From Acidimicrobiales bacterium (GTDB taxonomy: Bacteria > Actinomycetota > Acidimicrobiia > Acidimicrobiales > SZUA-35): a stretch of DNA of 61,182 bases. Location: NCBI GenBank assembly GCA_024638805.1, contig JAHEJO010000002.1, forward strand, positions 1 to 61,182, given 5' to 3'. Shown here in pieces: positions 50,549 to 59,594 of the stretch. The notes beneath the pieces are model-generated. The model saw nothing but the letters and a program-made list of their open reading frames with translations, had not been told where the DNA came from and searched no databases. The position numbers were made by a program, and so were the translations under genes. Position 1 is the stretch's first letter, and the number at the start of each line of letters is the position of its first letter.

Positions 50549-52843
50549 ATGACAACCACGACGTCCGACCTGATCTCCGGCCATGACCTCCGAGGCGCCG
50601 ACTACTGCCGGGCTCGCTCCGATGCAGCCGACGCCTGGCTCCTCGAGCTCTTCGCCACGGCGGTCGGCGACGACGCCCGGAAGGTGGCACTCGTCGCCGT
50701 CGGTGGCTACGGACGCGGTGTCCTGTGGCCGCAGAGCGATCTCGACCTGGTCCTGTTTCACAATCGACGGCGAGACATCGCAGCGATCGCCGAGCGGCTC
50801 TGGTACCCGATCTGGGACCGGAACCTCAAGCTCGGTCATGCGGTGCTGACCTCCAAGGAGGCCGCCCAGGTGGCGAGCGCCGAACTCGAGCGGGCGACCG
50901 CGTTTTCGGCGATGCGTCTGATCGCCGGTGATCCGCAGGTGTTGCACGACGTGGAGTCCGCTGTCGTCAAGACGAGGTCAAAGCGCGCATCCTCCCATTT
51001 GCGGGAGCTGGCCCGCATGGTCGACGATCGGCACGTCGAGGCGGGTGACGTTGCGTTCCTACTCGAACCCGACATCAAAGAAGGACGGGGTGGCCTCCGC
51101 GACCTCGATTCGCTGCGCTGGGCCGAAACGATGCACCCGGGCTTCGCGGCCGACCTGCTCGACGGCCTCGACGATGCCGCCGAACTCCTCGGGAGGGCTC
51201 GGGTCGAGTTGCATCGTTCCACCGGCCGCACCAGCAATCGGCTGACCCTCGATGAACAGGATGTCGTGGCTCGAGCGCTCGGCATCGATTCGGGTCAACA
51301 ACTCATGAAGGACATCTCGCAGGTCGCCCGGCGGGTGGCCTGGAACTCCGACGAGGCATGGCGGCGCTGGCGTCGAGCCGAGCGGGACAGAGCCGCCCCC
51401 CGCCGCGATCGCGATCAGCTCGTGACCGACGACATCCAGATCCGACAGGGAGCCCTGGCGCTGACCATAACTGCAAATCCGGCGCAACGTCCCGAGCTGT
51501 TGCTCGAATTGGCCGTGCATGCTGCCACCAGATCCCTGCCGATCGATCGGTCCACGTTGCGCCGGCTGGCCCTCGAGCGTCCGAGCCTCGACGACGCGTG
51601 GGACGAACGCACCCGCCAACTGCTGGCCGAGTTGTTCCTGGCCGGTCCGGTCGCTCTCTCGGTTGTGGAAGACCTGGATCACTTCGACCTGATGACCCTG
51701 ATCCTCCCCGAATGGGAAGCGGTCCGAAGCCTTCCGCAACGCAACGTGCTGCACACCTTCACCGTCGATCGTCACCTGTGCGAAACGGCGGTCAAAGCGG
51801 CAGCCCTGGCCGATCGCGTCCACCGGCCCGATCTTCTGGTGATCGGCTCGCTTCTTCATGACATCGGCAAGGGATTCCCGGGCGACCACACCGAGACCGG
51901 AATGGAGGCCATCCACCGGATCGCCGGCCGGATGAAGTACTCCGACGCCGACACAGCGGTCCTGGTCGATCTGTGCCGCCACCATCTCCTTCTCTCCGAC
52001 GTGGCGGTCCGAAGGAACCTCAGCGACGAAGGGACGATCCGCAGCGTTGCCGCCGCGGTCGATTCACCGGAGTTCCTCCACCTGCTGGCGGCCATGAGCG
52101 AAGCCGATTCCATCGCGACCGGACCTGCCGTCTGGGGTTCGTGGAAGAAGGGCCTGTTGGCTGAGTTGGTCTATCGCACCGAGGCGCTGCTGAACGACGG
52201 AACGCTCGGCGACGATCCACCCGAGTTCCCGTCGGCCGAGATCCTTGATCTCATGGGCCGGCACCGTCGACACATCGAGGTCAGCGGCAGCCGGATCACC
52301 GTGGTCGAACGCAATCAGCCGGGTGTGTTCGCAGCGATTGCCGGTGTCCTGGTGATGCAGGGGCTCGACGTGATCGAAGCGGCTTCCGCGACCGCAGGCG
52401 ACATGTCGGCGAACACCTTCATGGTGACCACGGGAGGCGACCATCACATCGACTGGGAACCCGTGACCCCTCTGCTCGAGCGGGCGCTCGACGGACGTCT
52501 TGCGCTGTCGGCACGGGTGGCGCGACGGGCCGAACAGCTCCAGAAGTATCAGCGCCGGCTGTCAGCCACCCCACCGGTCACTTCCGTGACCCTCGACAAT
52601 CACCTCTCCTCGGTAGCCACGGTGGTCGACGTGCACGCCCCCGACTCGGTCGGTCTGTTGTATCGGGTCACCCGGGCCTTCGCCGACCTGCGGCTGGACA
52701 TCGGCAAAGCGACCGTGCAAACGTTGGGCCCTCAAGCGGTCGACAGTTTCTATCTCACCGATGCTGAAGGTCGAAAGCTCGATGGGCCGATGCTCAAGGA
52801 GTTGCGACTGGCCATACTCCATGCGGTGGAGGTGGATCAGTGA
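50549..52843 (+). CDS. glnD: [Protein-PII] uridylyltransferase/uridylyl-removing enzyme
   Basis: NTase VALVAVGGYGRGVLWPQSDLDLVLF. HD domain SLLHDIGKG. Two C-terminal ACT-like repeats (GVFAAIAGVL, GLLYRVTRAF). Confidence 0.9.
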   Translation: MTTTTSDLISGHDLRGADYCRARSDAADAWLLELFATAVGDDARKVALVAVGGYGRGVLWPQSDLDLVLFHNRRRDIAAIAERLWYPIWDRNLKLGHAVLTSKEAAQVASAELERATAFSAMRLIAGDPQVLHDVESAVVKTRSKRASSHLRELARMVDDRHVEAGDVAFLLEPDIKEGRGGLRDLDSLRWAETMHPGFAADLLDGLDDAAELLGRARVELHRSTGRTSNRLTLDEQDVVARALGIDSGQQLMKDISQVARRVAWNSDEAWRRWRRAERDRAAPRRDRDQLVTDDIQIRQGALALTITANPAQRPELLLELAVHAATRSLPIDRSTLRRLALERPSLDDAWDERTRQLLAELFLAGPVALSVVEDLDHFDLMTLILPEWEAVRSLPQRNVLHTFTVDRHLCETAVKAAALADRVHRPDLLVIGSLLHDIGKGFPGDHTETGMEAIHRIAGRMKYSDADTAVLVDLCRHHLLLSDVAVRRNLSDEGTIRSVAAAVDSPEFLHLLAAMSEADSIATGPAVWGSWKKGLLAELVYRTEALLNDGTLGDDPPEFPSAEILDLMGRHRRHIEVSGSRITVVERNQPGVFAAIAGVLVMQGLDVIEAASATAGDMSANTFMVTTGGDHHIDWEPVTPLLERALDGRLALSARVARRAEQLQKYQRRLSATPPVTSVTLDNHLSSVATVVDVHAPDSVGLLYRVTRAFADLRLDIGKATVQTLGPQAVDSFYLTDAEGRKLDGPMLKELRLAILHAVEVDQ

Positions 52844-53523
52844 GCGATCGTGACGTGAGCGCCCAAGATCTGTTGCGGTGGTCCGAGGCCCTCGCCGGCA
52901 TCGCCCAGACCGGCCTGGCGTTCTCCGAGGTCACCTTCGAACGCGAACGGTACGAGGAGATTCTCAACGTGGCCGGTGAGATCAAGGCCCGGGCCGCCGC
53001 CGGCGATCCGGCGGCATTCGTCGACGAATGGATGACATCGACCCGCGAAGGACTGGCCGGCTACGCCACCCCCAAGATCGCCATCGGGGCGGTTGTCGGC
53101 AACGATGCCGGAGAAATGCTGATGATCCAGCGGGCCGACAGCGGCATTTGGCTCTATCCCACCGGCTGGGCCGATGTGGGCTATTCAGCAGCCGAGGTCG
53201 CCGAGAAAGAGGTCGCCGAGGAAACCGGGATCGTGTGTGAGGCGATCCGACCTCTCGGGGTCTTCGACGGTCTCCGGCTCGGCTTCACCCGGATCCCTCT
53301 CTATTCGATCGTGTTCCACTGCCGGGCTGTCGGTGGTGATCTCCAGGCACATCCTCATGAAGTGGCGGACCTTGGATGGTTCACGCCGGACAACCTGCCG
53401 ACTCCCATCGCCAGCCAGGACCGCTGGCTCGATCTCGCCTTCGCCGCCGTTCGAGGCGAGTCGATCGACGTCTACTTCGACAAACCCCGCCCCAACGTCT
53501 GGTTGAGTCCTGACCAGGAGTGA
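52840..53523 (+). CDS. NUDIX hydrolase with N-terminal Nudix_N_2-type helical domain
   Basis: GTGA overlap with glnD. LLRWSEALAGIAQTGLAFSE. Nudix box GWADVGYSAAEVAEKEVAEETGI. Confidence 0.85.
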   Translation: MSDRDVSAQDLLRWSEALAGIAQTGLAFSEVTFERERYEEILNVAGEIKARAAAGDPAAFVDEWMTSTREGLAGYATPKIAIGAVVGNDAGEMLMIQRADSGIWLYPTGWADVGYSAAEVAEKEVAEETGIVCEAIRPLGVFDGLRLGFTRIPLYSIVFHCRAVGGDLQAHPHEVADLGWFTPDNLPTPIASQDRWLDLAFAAVRGESIDVYFDKPRPNVWLSPDQE

Positions 53524-53546
53524 TCCTTACCTGCCGCTCCGGACTG

Positions 53547-55118
53547 TCAGAAGTCGGTCTTGACACCACCTTCGGCCACCCTGCGGGCAACGTAGTCATC
53601 GAGTTCGGCAATTCGGTCCTCGGGAAGCGCAGGCGTGCGGTAGGCCTCGAGAAACTCGCCCACCAAGGTCTCCGCTTTCTGCTCGACCGTCGGCCGACCG
53701 GCTTCATCCCAGCTCTCGAAGTTGCGCCAGTCCGACAGCATCGGGGAATAGAAGGCATTCTCGTAGCGCGCCTGTGTGTGGGCGACCCCGAAGAAGTGCC
53801 CGCCCGGGCCCACCTGGGCGATCGCCTCGAAGGCCAACGTGGTGTCGTCGACGATCAGCGGCTCCAGGAAGGTCTGCAACATCTGGAGCAGGTCCGCGTC
53901 CATCACCATCTTTTCGAAGGATGCTCGAAGACCTCCCTCCATCCAGCCGGCGGCGTGGAAGATCATGTTGGCACCTCCCATCACCGCTCCCCACAGGCTG
54001 AACACGGTCTCCCATGCCGCCTGGGCGTCGAGGGCGTTGGCGGCACACACACCTGAGGATCGGTAGGGAATCCGATACCGGCGGGCCAGTTGGCCGCCCA
54101 ACAGAGCGGCTTGCATGTATTCGGGGGTACCGAAGGCGGGGCTGCCGGACTTCATGTCGACGTTGCTGGTGAAGCCGCCGTACATGACCGGGGCTCCCCG
54201 GCGCACGACCTGCGTCATCACGATACCCGCCAGCGCTTCGGCGTTCTGCTGGGCGACGGCGCCGGCGATGGTCACCGGTGCCATCGCGCCGGCAAGGGTG
54301 AAGGGAGTGATGACGATGAGTTGATTGCGGGCCGAGAACTCCATGATGCCTTGCAGCATCGGTATGTCGAGCCGCAGCGGCGATGAGGTGTTGATGATGC
54401 TGAGGACCGATGGTTCGATGTCCAGCCGCTCGTCGTCGAGCCCCCGGGCGATCCGCACCATCTCGAGGCAATCACGGTTGCGTTGGCGCCCGAGCGAATA
54501 GGCGTGGATGACCTTGTCGCTCAGGGTCAGCAGATCGCGGGTGCAGTGCAGATGTCGGACCGAGGAATGGATGTCGGTGGGCTCGACCGGGTAGCCGCCG
54601 TGCAGGTGAACGGCGTTGAGCACATGGCTGAGCTTCACGAGGTTGCGAAAATCTGCCGTGTTGCCCGAGCGACGATCGCCGGCGATGTCCGATGCGTTGG
54701 GTGTGCTGGCCACCGCCCCGAATGCTGTGTGGCGACCACCCATGCGCAGGTTCCGTTCGGGGTTGACGGCGTGCAGCGTGAACTCGGCAGGAGCGCTTGC
54801 CACGTAGTCCAACACCATTTCTCGACCGAACCGGACGCGCTCGCTGTCGGCGTCGACGTCGGCGCCGGCCGCGCTCAGAAGATGACGCGCATCGGTGTCG
54901 AGGACATCCATACCGATGTCCTCGAGGATCGACAGCGATGCGATGTGGATCGCCTCGAGCTGGTCGTCGCTGACGAGGCGGGTCGGCTCGAACGCAAGAG
55001 AGGGCTGTCGCCACGGCAACTGTGAGGGACCCGCAGCGCTGGCTCGATCGGCCCGTTTCGAGCTACGGCCGCCCCGGCGACGACGCCCGCCGCTTGCGTC
55101 GACGGTGTCATCGCCCAC
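53547..55118 (-). CDS. MttB-superfamily (trimethylamine methyltransferase-like) protein, non-pyrrolysine type
   Basis: 523 aa, continuous ORF with no in-frame TAG. IHIASLSILEDIGMDV, GGFTSNVDMKSGSPAFGTPE. The overall pattern fits MttB/MtgB-like proteins. Confidence 0.85.
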   Translation of the reverse strand: MGDDTVDASGGRRRRGGRSSKRADRASAAGPSQLPWRQPSLAFEPTRLVSDDQLEAIHIASLSILEDIGMDVLDTDARHLLSAAGADVDADSERVRFGREMVLDYVASAPAEFTLHAVNPERNLRMGGRHTAFGAVASTPNASDIAGDRRSGNTADFRNLVKLSHVLNAVHLHGGYPVEPTDIHSSVRHLHCTRDLLTLSDKVIHAYSLGRQRNRDCLEMVRIARGLDDERLDIEPSVLSIINTSSPLRLDIPMLQGIMEFSARNQLIVITPFTLAGAMAPVTIAGAVAQQNAEALAGIVMTQVVRRGAPVMYGGFTSNVDMKSGSPAFGTPEYMQAALLGGQLARRYRIPYRSSGVCAANALDAQAAWETVFSLWGAVMGGANMIFHAAGWMEGGLRASFEKMVMDADLLQMLQTFLEPLIVDDTTLAFEAIAQVGPGGHFFGVAHTQARYENAFYSPMLSDWRNFESWDEAGRPTVEQKAETLVGEFLEAYRTPALPEDRIAELDDYVARRVAEGGVKTDF

Positions 55119-55560
55119 CGGTTCCTCCGCCGGGCAGGTTGTGACGGTAGACGTTGGTGTTCCTGGGTTCGAACCCCAGCCGCTGGTAGAGACGATTGGC
55201 GGCCTCCCGACTGGGCCGGCTGGTCAGGTCGACCGACACCGCGCCGTGGTCGCTGGCCATGTCCAGCGCATACCGGTTGAGCAGCTCGCCGACGCCCATC
55301 CCGCGGGCTGCACCATCGACGACGACATCTTCGATCCAGGCCCGTACGCCGGTCGGGATCCGGAAGATCACGAGGGTCAGACAGCCGACGATGCTGCCGT
55401 CGTCGTCGGTGGCGACGAGGAGATGCGAGGCGTCCGATTGGACGAGGTCAGCCAGCTCCTCGGTCGTCGGGGGAGGGTTCGAGGTGGAGAGTTGCGGGAT
55501 CAGATGTTTCATGGCGTCGGTCAGGGACGGAGTGACGTCGGAAGCCTCTGCTATCTGCAC
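55108..55560 (-). CDS. GNAT family N-acetyltransferase
   Basis: 150 aa. VVVDGAARGMGVGELLL (acetyl-CoA binding Q/RxxGxG/A), ANRLYQRLGF. The 3' end overlaps the MttB start by 11 nt. Confidence 0.85.
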   Translation of the reverse strand: MQIAEASDVTPSLTDAMKHLIPQLSTSNPPPTTEELADLVQSDASHLLVATDDDGSIVGCLTLVIFRIPTGVRAWIEDVVVDGAARGMGVGELLNRYALDMASDHGAVSVDLTSRPSREAANRLYQRLGFEPRNTNVYRHNLPGGGTGGR

Positions 55561-55591
55561 TCCCCAAGTATGGGGCCGGTACCGTGAGCTT

Positions 55592-56422
55592 GTGGCATTA
55601 CTGGACTACTCCGACAAGCCCGAGTTCCACTCACCGGTTCTGATCATGGCCTTCGAGGGTTGGAACGACGCCGGCGACGCTGCCTCATCGGCTGCCCACT
55701 ACATCTCACAACAAGTGAACGCCGAGGTCTTCGCTCGCATGGATCCCGAGCCGTTCTACGATTTCCAGAACACCAGACCTCTGGTCCGCCTCGACGGCTC
55801 GTCACGTCTGATCGACTGGCCGGACAACACCTTCGGCCACGGCTCTCTCGGCGGCCGGGATCTGATCATCCTCCGGGGAATCGAACCGCAGTTGCGTTGG
55901 CGAACCTATTCCGAAACGATCAGCGAACTCGCCTCTGCCGTAGGCGTGGACATGGTCGTCAGCCTCGGTGCTCTCATCGCCGATGTGGCCCACACCCGGC
56001 CCTCCACGATCTACGGATCGGCGATCACCCCTGACCTGCGCAAGCGGCTCGATCTCGAACCGTCGACCTATGAAGGACCGACCGGAATCGTCGGCGTCGT
56101 TCACACCGTGATGCACAACGCCGGACTCGATTCGGTCTCGTTGTGGGGTGCGGTACCGAGCTACGTGCCCCATGCCCGCTCGCCCAAGGTCGCCAGAGCA
56201 CTGGTGGAGAGGGTGTCTCGACTGCTCGATCTGCCGATCGAGGTCGACGAGCTGATGGTGGCCGCCGAGGACTACGAGCGTCAGATCAACCTCATGATCG
56301 CCGACGACGAGGACATGGCCGAATACGTCGCCAATCTCGAGTCCGAATACGACGCAGCCATGAGTTCGGGGTCGGGCAACGAGCTGATCAGCAAGATCGA
56401 GGACTTCCTCAAGGACCAATAG
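55592..56422 (+). CDS. PAC2 (proteasome assembly chaperone 2-like) family protein
   Basis: PVLIMAFEGWNDAGDAAS, IILRGIEPQLRW, GPTGIVGVV. Acidic C-terminus. GTG 55592. Confidence 0.8.
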   Translation: MALLDYSDKPEFHSPVLIMAFEGWNDAGDAASSAAHYISQQVNAEVFARMDPEPFYDFQNTRPLVRLDGSSRLIDWPDNTFGHGSLGGRDLIILRGIEPQLRWRTYSETISELASAVGVDMVVSLGALIADVAHTRPSTIYGSAITPDLRKRLDLEPSTYEGPTGIVGVVHTVMHNAGLDSVSLWGAVPSYVPHARSPKVARALVERVSRLLDLPIEVDELMVAAEDYERQINLMIADDEDMAEYVANLESEYDAAMSSGSGNELISKIEDFLKDQ

Positions 56423-56424
56423 GG

Positions 56425-57099
56425 TCAGACCAGCCCAGCCAGCGAGATCGCGTCGGCGTGGAGCAATCCCTTGATGCGTTCGAGGTTGGTGCCGCGGCGC
56501 GCCGCCGCCGCTCGTGCCACACCGATGGCCACCCCGGTCAGTTCTTCGATGGGAGCCAGCTGATGGACAACCCCGGCCGCCATCTGTTGAGGCGGTCCGA
56601 GCCGTTCGGCGGTGACCATGAGGCGGGCGGCGCTCTGCCGGCCGAGGACATCGGCGAAGAGGGCGACCATCCCCGGAGAGAACGGCATTCCCAAGTCGGC
56701 TTCCGGGAGACACCAGAAGCCCCGTTCGGTGCGTCCGATGCGCAGGTCGCCGGCCAGGCTGAGCATGGCGCCGGCACCGAACGCGTGACCGTTGAGAGCG
56801 GTCACGACGGTGTACGGCGCGCCGAGCAGTCGGGCCCAGATTTTCTCGGTCTCACCGACGAACTGCATCGTCATGTCGCCGAGGGTGGTGAGCGCCTCGA
56901 TGTCGAAACCATTGCTGAAGTACTTGCCGGTACCGGTGAGGACGAGCGAGCCGATCCCATCGTCGGCTTCGACCTGGTCGAGCAACTGGTTGACGCGGGC
57001 GTTCATCTCCGGGGTGAAACGATTCTCGCCGTTGTCCATACGAAGGATGGCGACGGAGTCCTCCGGTCGTTCGAGCCGTATCTCGCTATTGAGAACCAT
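56425..57099 (-). CDS. Enoyl-CoA hydratase/isomerase (crotonase) family protein
   Basis: VAILRMDNGENRF, LVLTGTGKYFSNGFD, ALNGHAFGAGAMLSLAGDLRI. Confidence 0.85.
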   Translation of the reverse strand: MVLNSEIRLERPEDSVAILRMDNGENRFTPEMNARVNQLLDQVEADDGIGSLVLTGTGKYFSNGFDIEALTTLGDMTMQFVGETEKIWARLLGAPYTVVTALNGHAFGAGAMLSLAGDLRIGRTERGFWCLPEADLGMPFSPGMVALFADVLGRQSAARLMVTAERLGPPQQMAAGVVHQLAPIEELTGVAIGVARAAAARRGTNLERIKGLLHADAISLAGLV

Positions 57100-57153
57100 T
57101 CCGGGGATCGTATGCGCCTCCGGTGGGCTCCGCGCCGGGTCGTCCGCACCCGT

Positions 57154-57867
57154 TCACCGCAGCTCGAACCGGATGCGTTTGTTGCCCTTGCCCTTCGATT
57201 CGGTCTTGGTGATGATGAACTCGCCGATCTCCCCGGTCGAGCCGACATGGGTTCCGCCGTCGGCCTGCTTGTCGAGACCGACGATGTCGACCACCCGGAT
57301 CTCACGCACGGACTCGGGGATCATGTTCACCTTGGTGCGGATCAGATCCTCATCGGCGAGGGCGACGTCGCGGGGCAGGAAACTCACGTCGATCCGTCGA
57401 TCGGCTGCGATCTCGGCGTTCACCGCCTCGGTCAGTTCGGCCGCGAAACCGTCGGGCAGCGGATCGAATTCGAGGTCCATGCGGGCTTTCAGCGGATCCA
57501 TGTTGTTGCCCGTGCACAGGACTCCGTAACGCTGGTAGACCACGCCTCCGAGCACGTGCATCGCCGAGTGGGTGCGCATCAAGCTGTAACGCCTGTCCCA
57601 GTCGATCGATCCGACGACAACGATGCCCGGCTCCGGCAGTGGACCGTCGAGCGTGTGCCATACGACCTCGCCCTGTTTGGTGACCGACGTGACCCTCGCC
57701 GATGCGTCGTCCCAACTGATGACCCCGGTGTCGTGCGGTTGCCCGCCACCCTGCACATAAAAGGCGGTTGCGTCGAGTTCGATGCGGTGTGCATCCTCAT
57801 CGACGACGGTCACCTTCGCGGTGAAAGTACGAAGCAGGGCGTCACGCAGGTATATCAGATCGGTCAT
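57154..57867 (-). CDS. Alanyl-tRNA editing protein (AlaX-like)
   Basis: FYVQGGGQPHDTG, HSAMHVL (HxxxH), ADGGTHVGSTGEIG. 237 aa. Confidence 0.8.
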   Translation of the reverse strand: MTDLIYLRDALLRTFTAKVTVVDEDAHRIELDATAFYVQGGGQPHDTGVISWDDASARVTSVTKQGEVVWHTLDGPLPEPGIVVVGSIDWDRRYSLMRTHSAMHVLGGVVYQRYGVLCTGNNMDPLKARMDLEFDPLPDGFAAELTEAVNAEIAADRRIDVSFLPRDVALADEDLIRTKVNMIPESVREIRVVDIVGLDKQADGGTHVGSTGEIGEFIITKTESKGKGNKRIRFELR

Positions 57868-57937
57868 GGCTGTCGATCCTAGAGCGGGGCCGGCGCCGGT
57901 CGACGGCTGCCCACCGCGGTACCGTTACGCTTCGCTC

Positions 57938-59284
57938 GTGAGCGGTGGCACCATCACGATCGAGCAGGCAGAAGCGGCGCTGACCGCGGACCAGCGGAGC
58001 GAGATCTTCGGATGGAAGATGTACGACTGGGGATGGTCGGCCTTCAGCACGACCGTGACGACCGCTCTGCTCGGTCCCTACCTCCTGGCGTTGGGCGAGG
58101 ATGCCGGCGGTGTCCGCCTCCTGGGCTACACGATCGATGAGGCCAGCTTCTACCCGTACGTGGTGAGCCTGTCCGCACTGCTCCAGATCATCGTCCTGCC
58201 GCTGGTCGGAGCAGCGGCGGACTACACCGACCGGAAGAAGAAGCTGATGCTCGGCCTCTCCTACCTGGGGTCGATCGCGACGGCTGGTCTCTTCTTCGTG
58301 CGGGAACCCACCATCGTTCTCGGCGGCGTCCTGTTTCTTGTGGCCGCCGTGGCGTTCTCGGCCGCATCGGTGATCTACAACTCCTATCTACCCGACATCG
58401 CTCCTCCGGTCTTGCGTGATCGGATCAGTTCGGCCGGCTTTGCCGTCGGATATCTGGGCGGCGGTCTGTGGCTCGCCGCCAACTTCGTGCTGATCGCAGT
58501 CCTCGATGATGGTGTCGCCGTGCGACTCAGCCTCGGCGGCACCGGACTGTGGGCGATGTACTTCATCTGGCGATATCCGGGACGGTTGCTGCAACCGCGA
58601 CCGGCGGCCCGGGTCAAGCCGGCCGGAGTTCGGTGGTTGACCCTCAGCGTCGGTTCGGTGTTCACGACCCTGCGGGAGCTCAAGCGGGACCATCCCGTCA
58701 CCTTCCGCTATCTGATTGCGTACCTCGTCTTCAACGATGGGATCGCGACGGTGATCACCGTGGCGACCTCGTTCGCAGCCGACGAACTCGACGCGTCCGC
58801 CACCACTCTGCTCCTGCTCGTCCTGCTGATCCAGTTCGTCGCCATTCCCGGTGCGGTTGCATTCGGTCGGCTGGCGGAACGGATCGGTGCGAAACGTGCA
58901 CTGATGGCCAACCTCGTCGTCTGGGTTCTCCTCGTCGTGTACGCCTATGTCCTACTGACCTCGGTCGCCCAGCTGTGGGTGATGGGCGTGGTGCTCGCCC
59001 TGGTGCTCGGCGGGTCCCAAGCGCTCAGTCGATCGTTGTACGCCCAGATGGTCCCCGGCGACAAGGAGGCCGAGTACTTCGGGTTCTACGAGATCGCCGC
59101 CCGGGGCACGTCCTGGATCGGACCACTCGCCTTTGCTGTCGCCAACGACATTCTCGACTCCCAGCGGCAGGCGATCCTCGTGTTGGTCGTGTTCTTCATT
59201 CTGGGTCTTGGGTTCCTCGCCCCTGTTCAGGTTCGACGGGGCATGCTCGACGCCGGCCAGGATCCCACCGGCGTCGTGCTCTGA
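57938..59284 (+). CDS. MFS transporter (UMF1/Atg22-like)
   Basis: GWKMYDWGWSAFSTTV is the family-typical N-terminus, followed by about 12 TMs. Start is GTG 57938, or ATG 57866 (which would overlap the divergent alaX start). Confidence 0.8.
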   Translation: MSGGTITIEQAEAALTADQRSEIFGWKMYDWGWSAFSTTVTTALLGPYLLALGEDAGGVRLLGYTIDEASFYPYVVSLSALLQIIVLPLVGAAADYTDRKKKLMLGLSYLGSIATAGLFFVREPTIVLGGVLFLVAAVAFSAASVIYNSYLPDIAPPVLRDRISSAGFAVGYLGGGLWLAANFVLIAVLDDGVAVRLSLGGTGLWAMYFIWRYPGRLLQPRPAARVKPAGVRWLTLSVGSVFTTLRELKRDHPVTFRYLIAYLVFNDGIATVITVATSFAADELDASATTLLLLVLLIQFVAIPGAVAFGRLAERIGAKRALMANLVVWVLLVVYAYVLLTSVAQLWVMGVVLALVLGGSQALSRSLYAQMVPGDKEAEYFGFYEIAARGTSWIGPLAFAVANDILDSQRQAILVLVVFFILGLGFLAPVQVRRGMLDAGQDPTGVVL

Positions 59285-59310
59285 GCCAGGGTGTGAGCCA
59301 GTTGGCGCTA

Positions 59311-59326
59311 TCGAACAAACGTTCGA
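59311..59326 (+). promoter_or_regulatory. LexA (SOS) box, perfect actinobacterial consensus
   Basis: TCGAAC-AAAC-GTTCGA, extended to 9-bp arms (CTATCGAAC/GTTCGATAG, 59308-59329). TTGGCG (59302-59307) lies upstream and TAGTGT (59327-59332, TANNNT) abuts it. Confidence 0.7.
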
Positions 59327-59338
59327 TAGTGTTGGGCG

Positions 59339-59491
59339 ATGGAACAACCACCCGTGACACACGCCGACACCGCCGAGGACTGGGAACAGGTTCGCCGTTC
59401 GGTCGCCATGTTGCCCCCCGGTGCCTGGGCCCTCAAACGTGAACAGGCGCTTCGTGCCCTCGCCGCCCTGATCCGCCTCCTCAAGGAGTAG
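59339..59491 (+). CDS. Candidate 50-aa leaderless micro-ORF downstream of the SOS box (not in ORF track)
   Basis: ATG 59339 is the first start after an in-frame TAG (59327-59329) and lies 7 nt after the -10-like TAGTGT. Product: MEQPPVTHADTAEDWEQVRRSVAMLPPGAWALKREQALRALAALIRLLKE. 37 of 50 third positions are G/C. No SD. Confidence 0.35.
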   Translation: MEQPPVTHADTAEDWEQVRRSVAMLPPGAWALKREQALRALAALIRLLKE

Positions 59492-59594
59492 CCAGCAGCC
59501 CGGGCGACAGACTACACCGGCCACGTCGGTCCGGGGAGTGCTCCGAACCGCTCGGGTGAGCGACCCGAACACCTCGGTGGGTTAGGGTCTTGGC

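Noticed and set aside
56143-57882. 579-aa + strand ORF spanning the crotonase and alaX loci
   Set aside because: The minus-strand products carry clear crotonase (GHAFGAGAMLSLAGD) and AlaX (HSAMH, GGTHV) motifs. The + ORF is low-complexity and Arg/Asp/Gly-rich.
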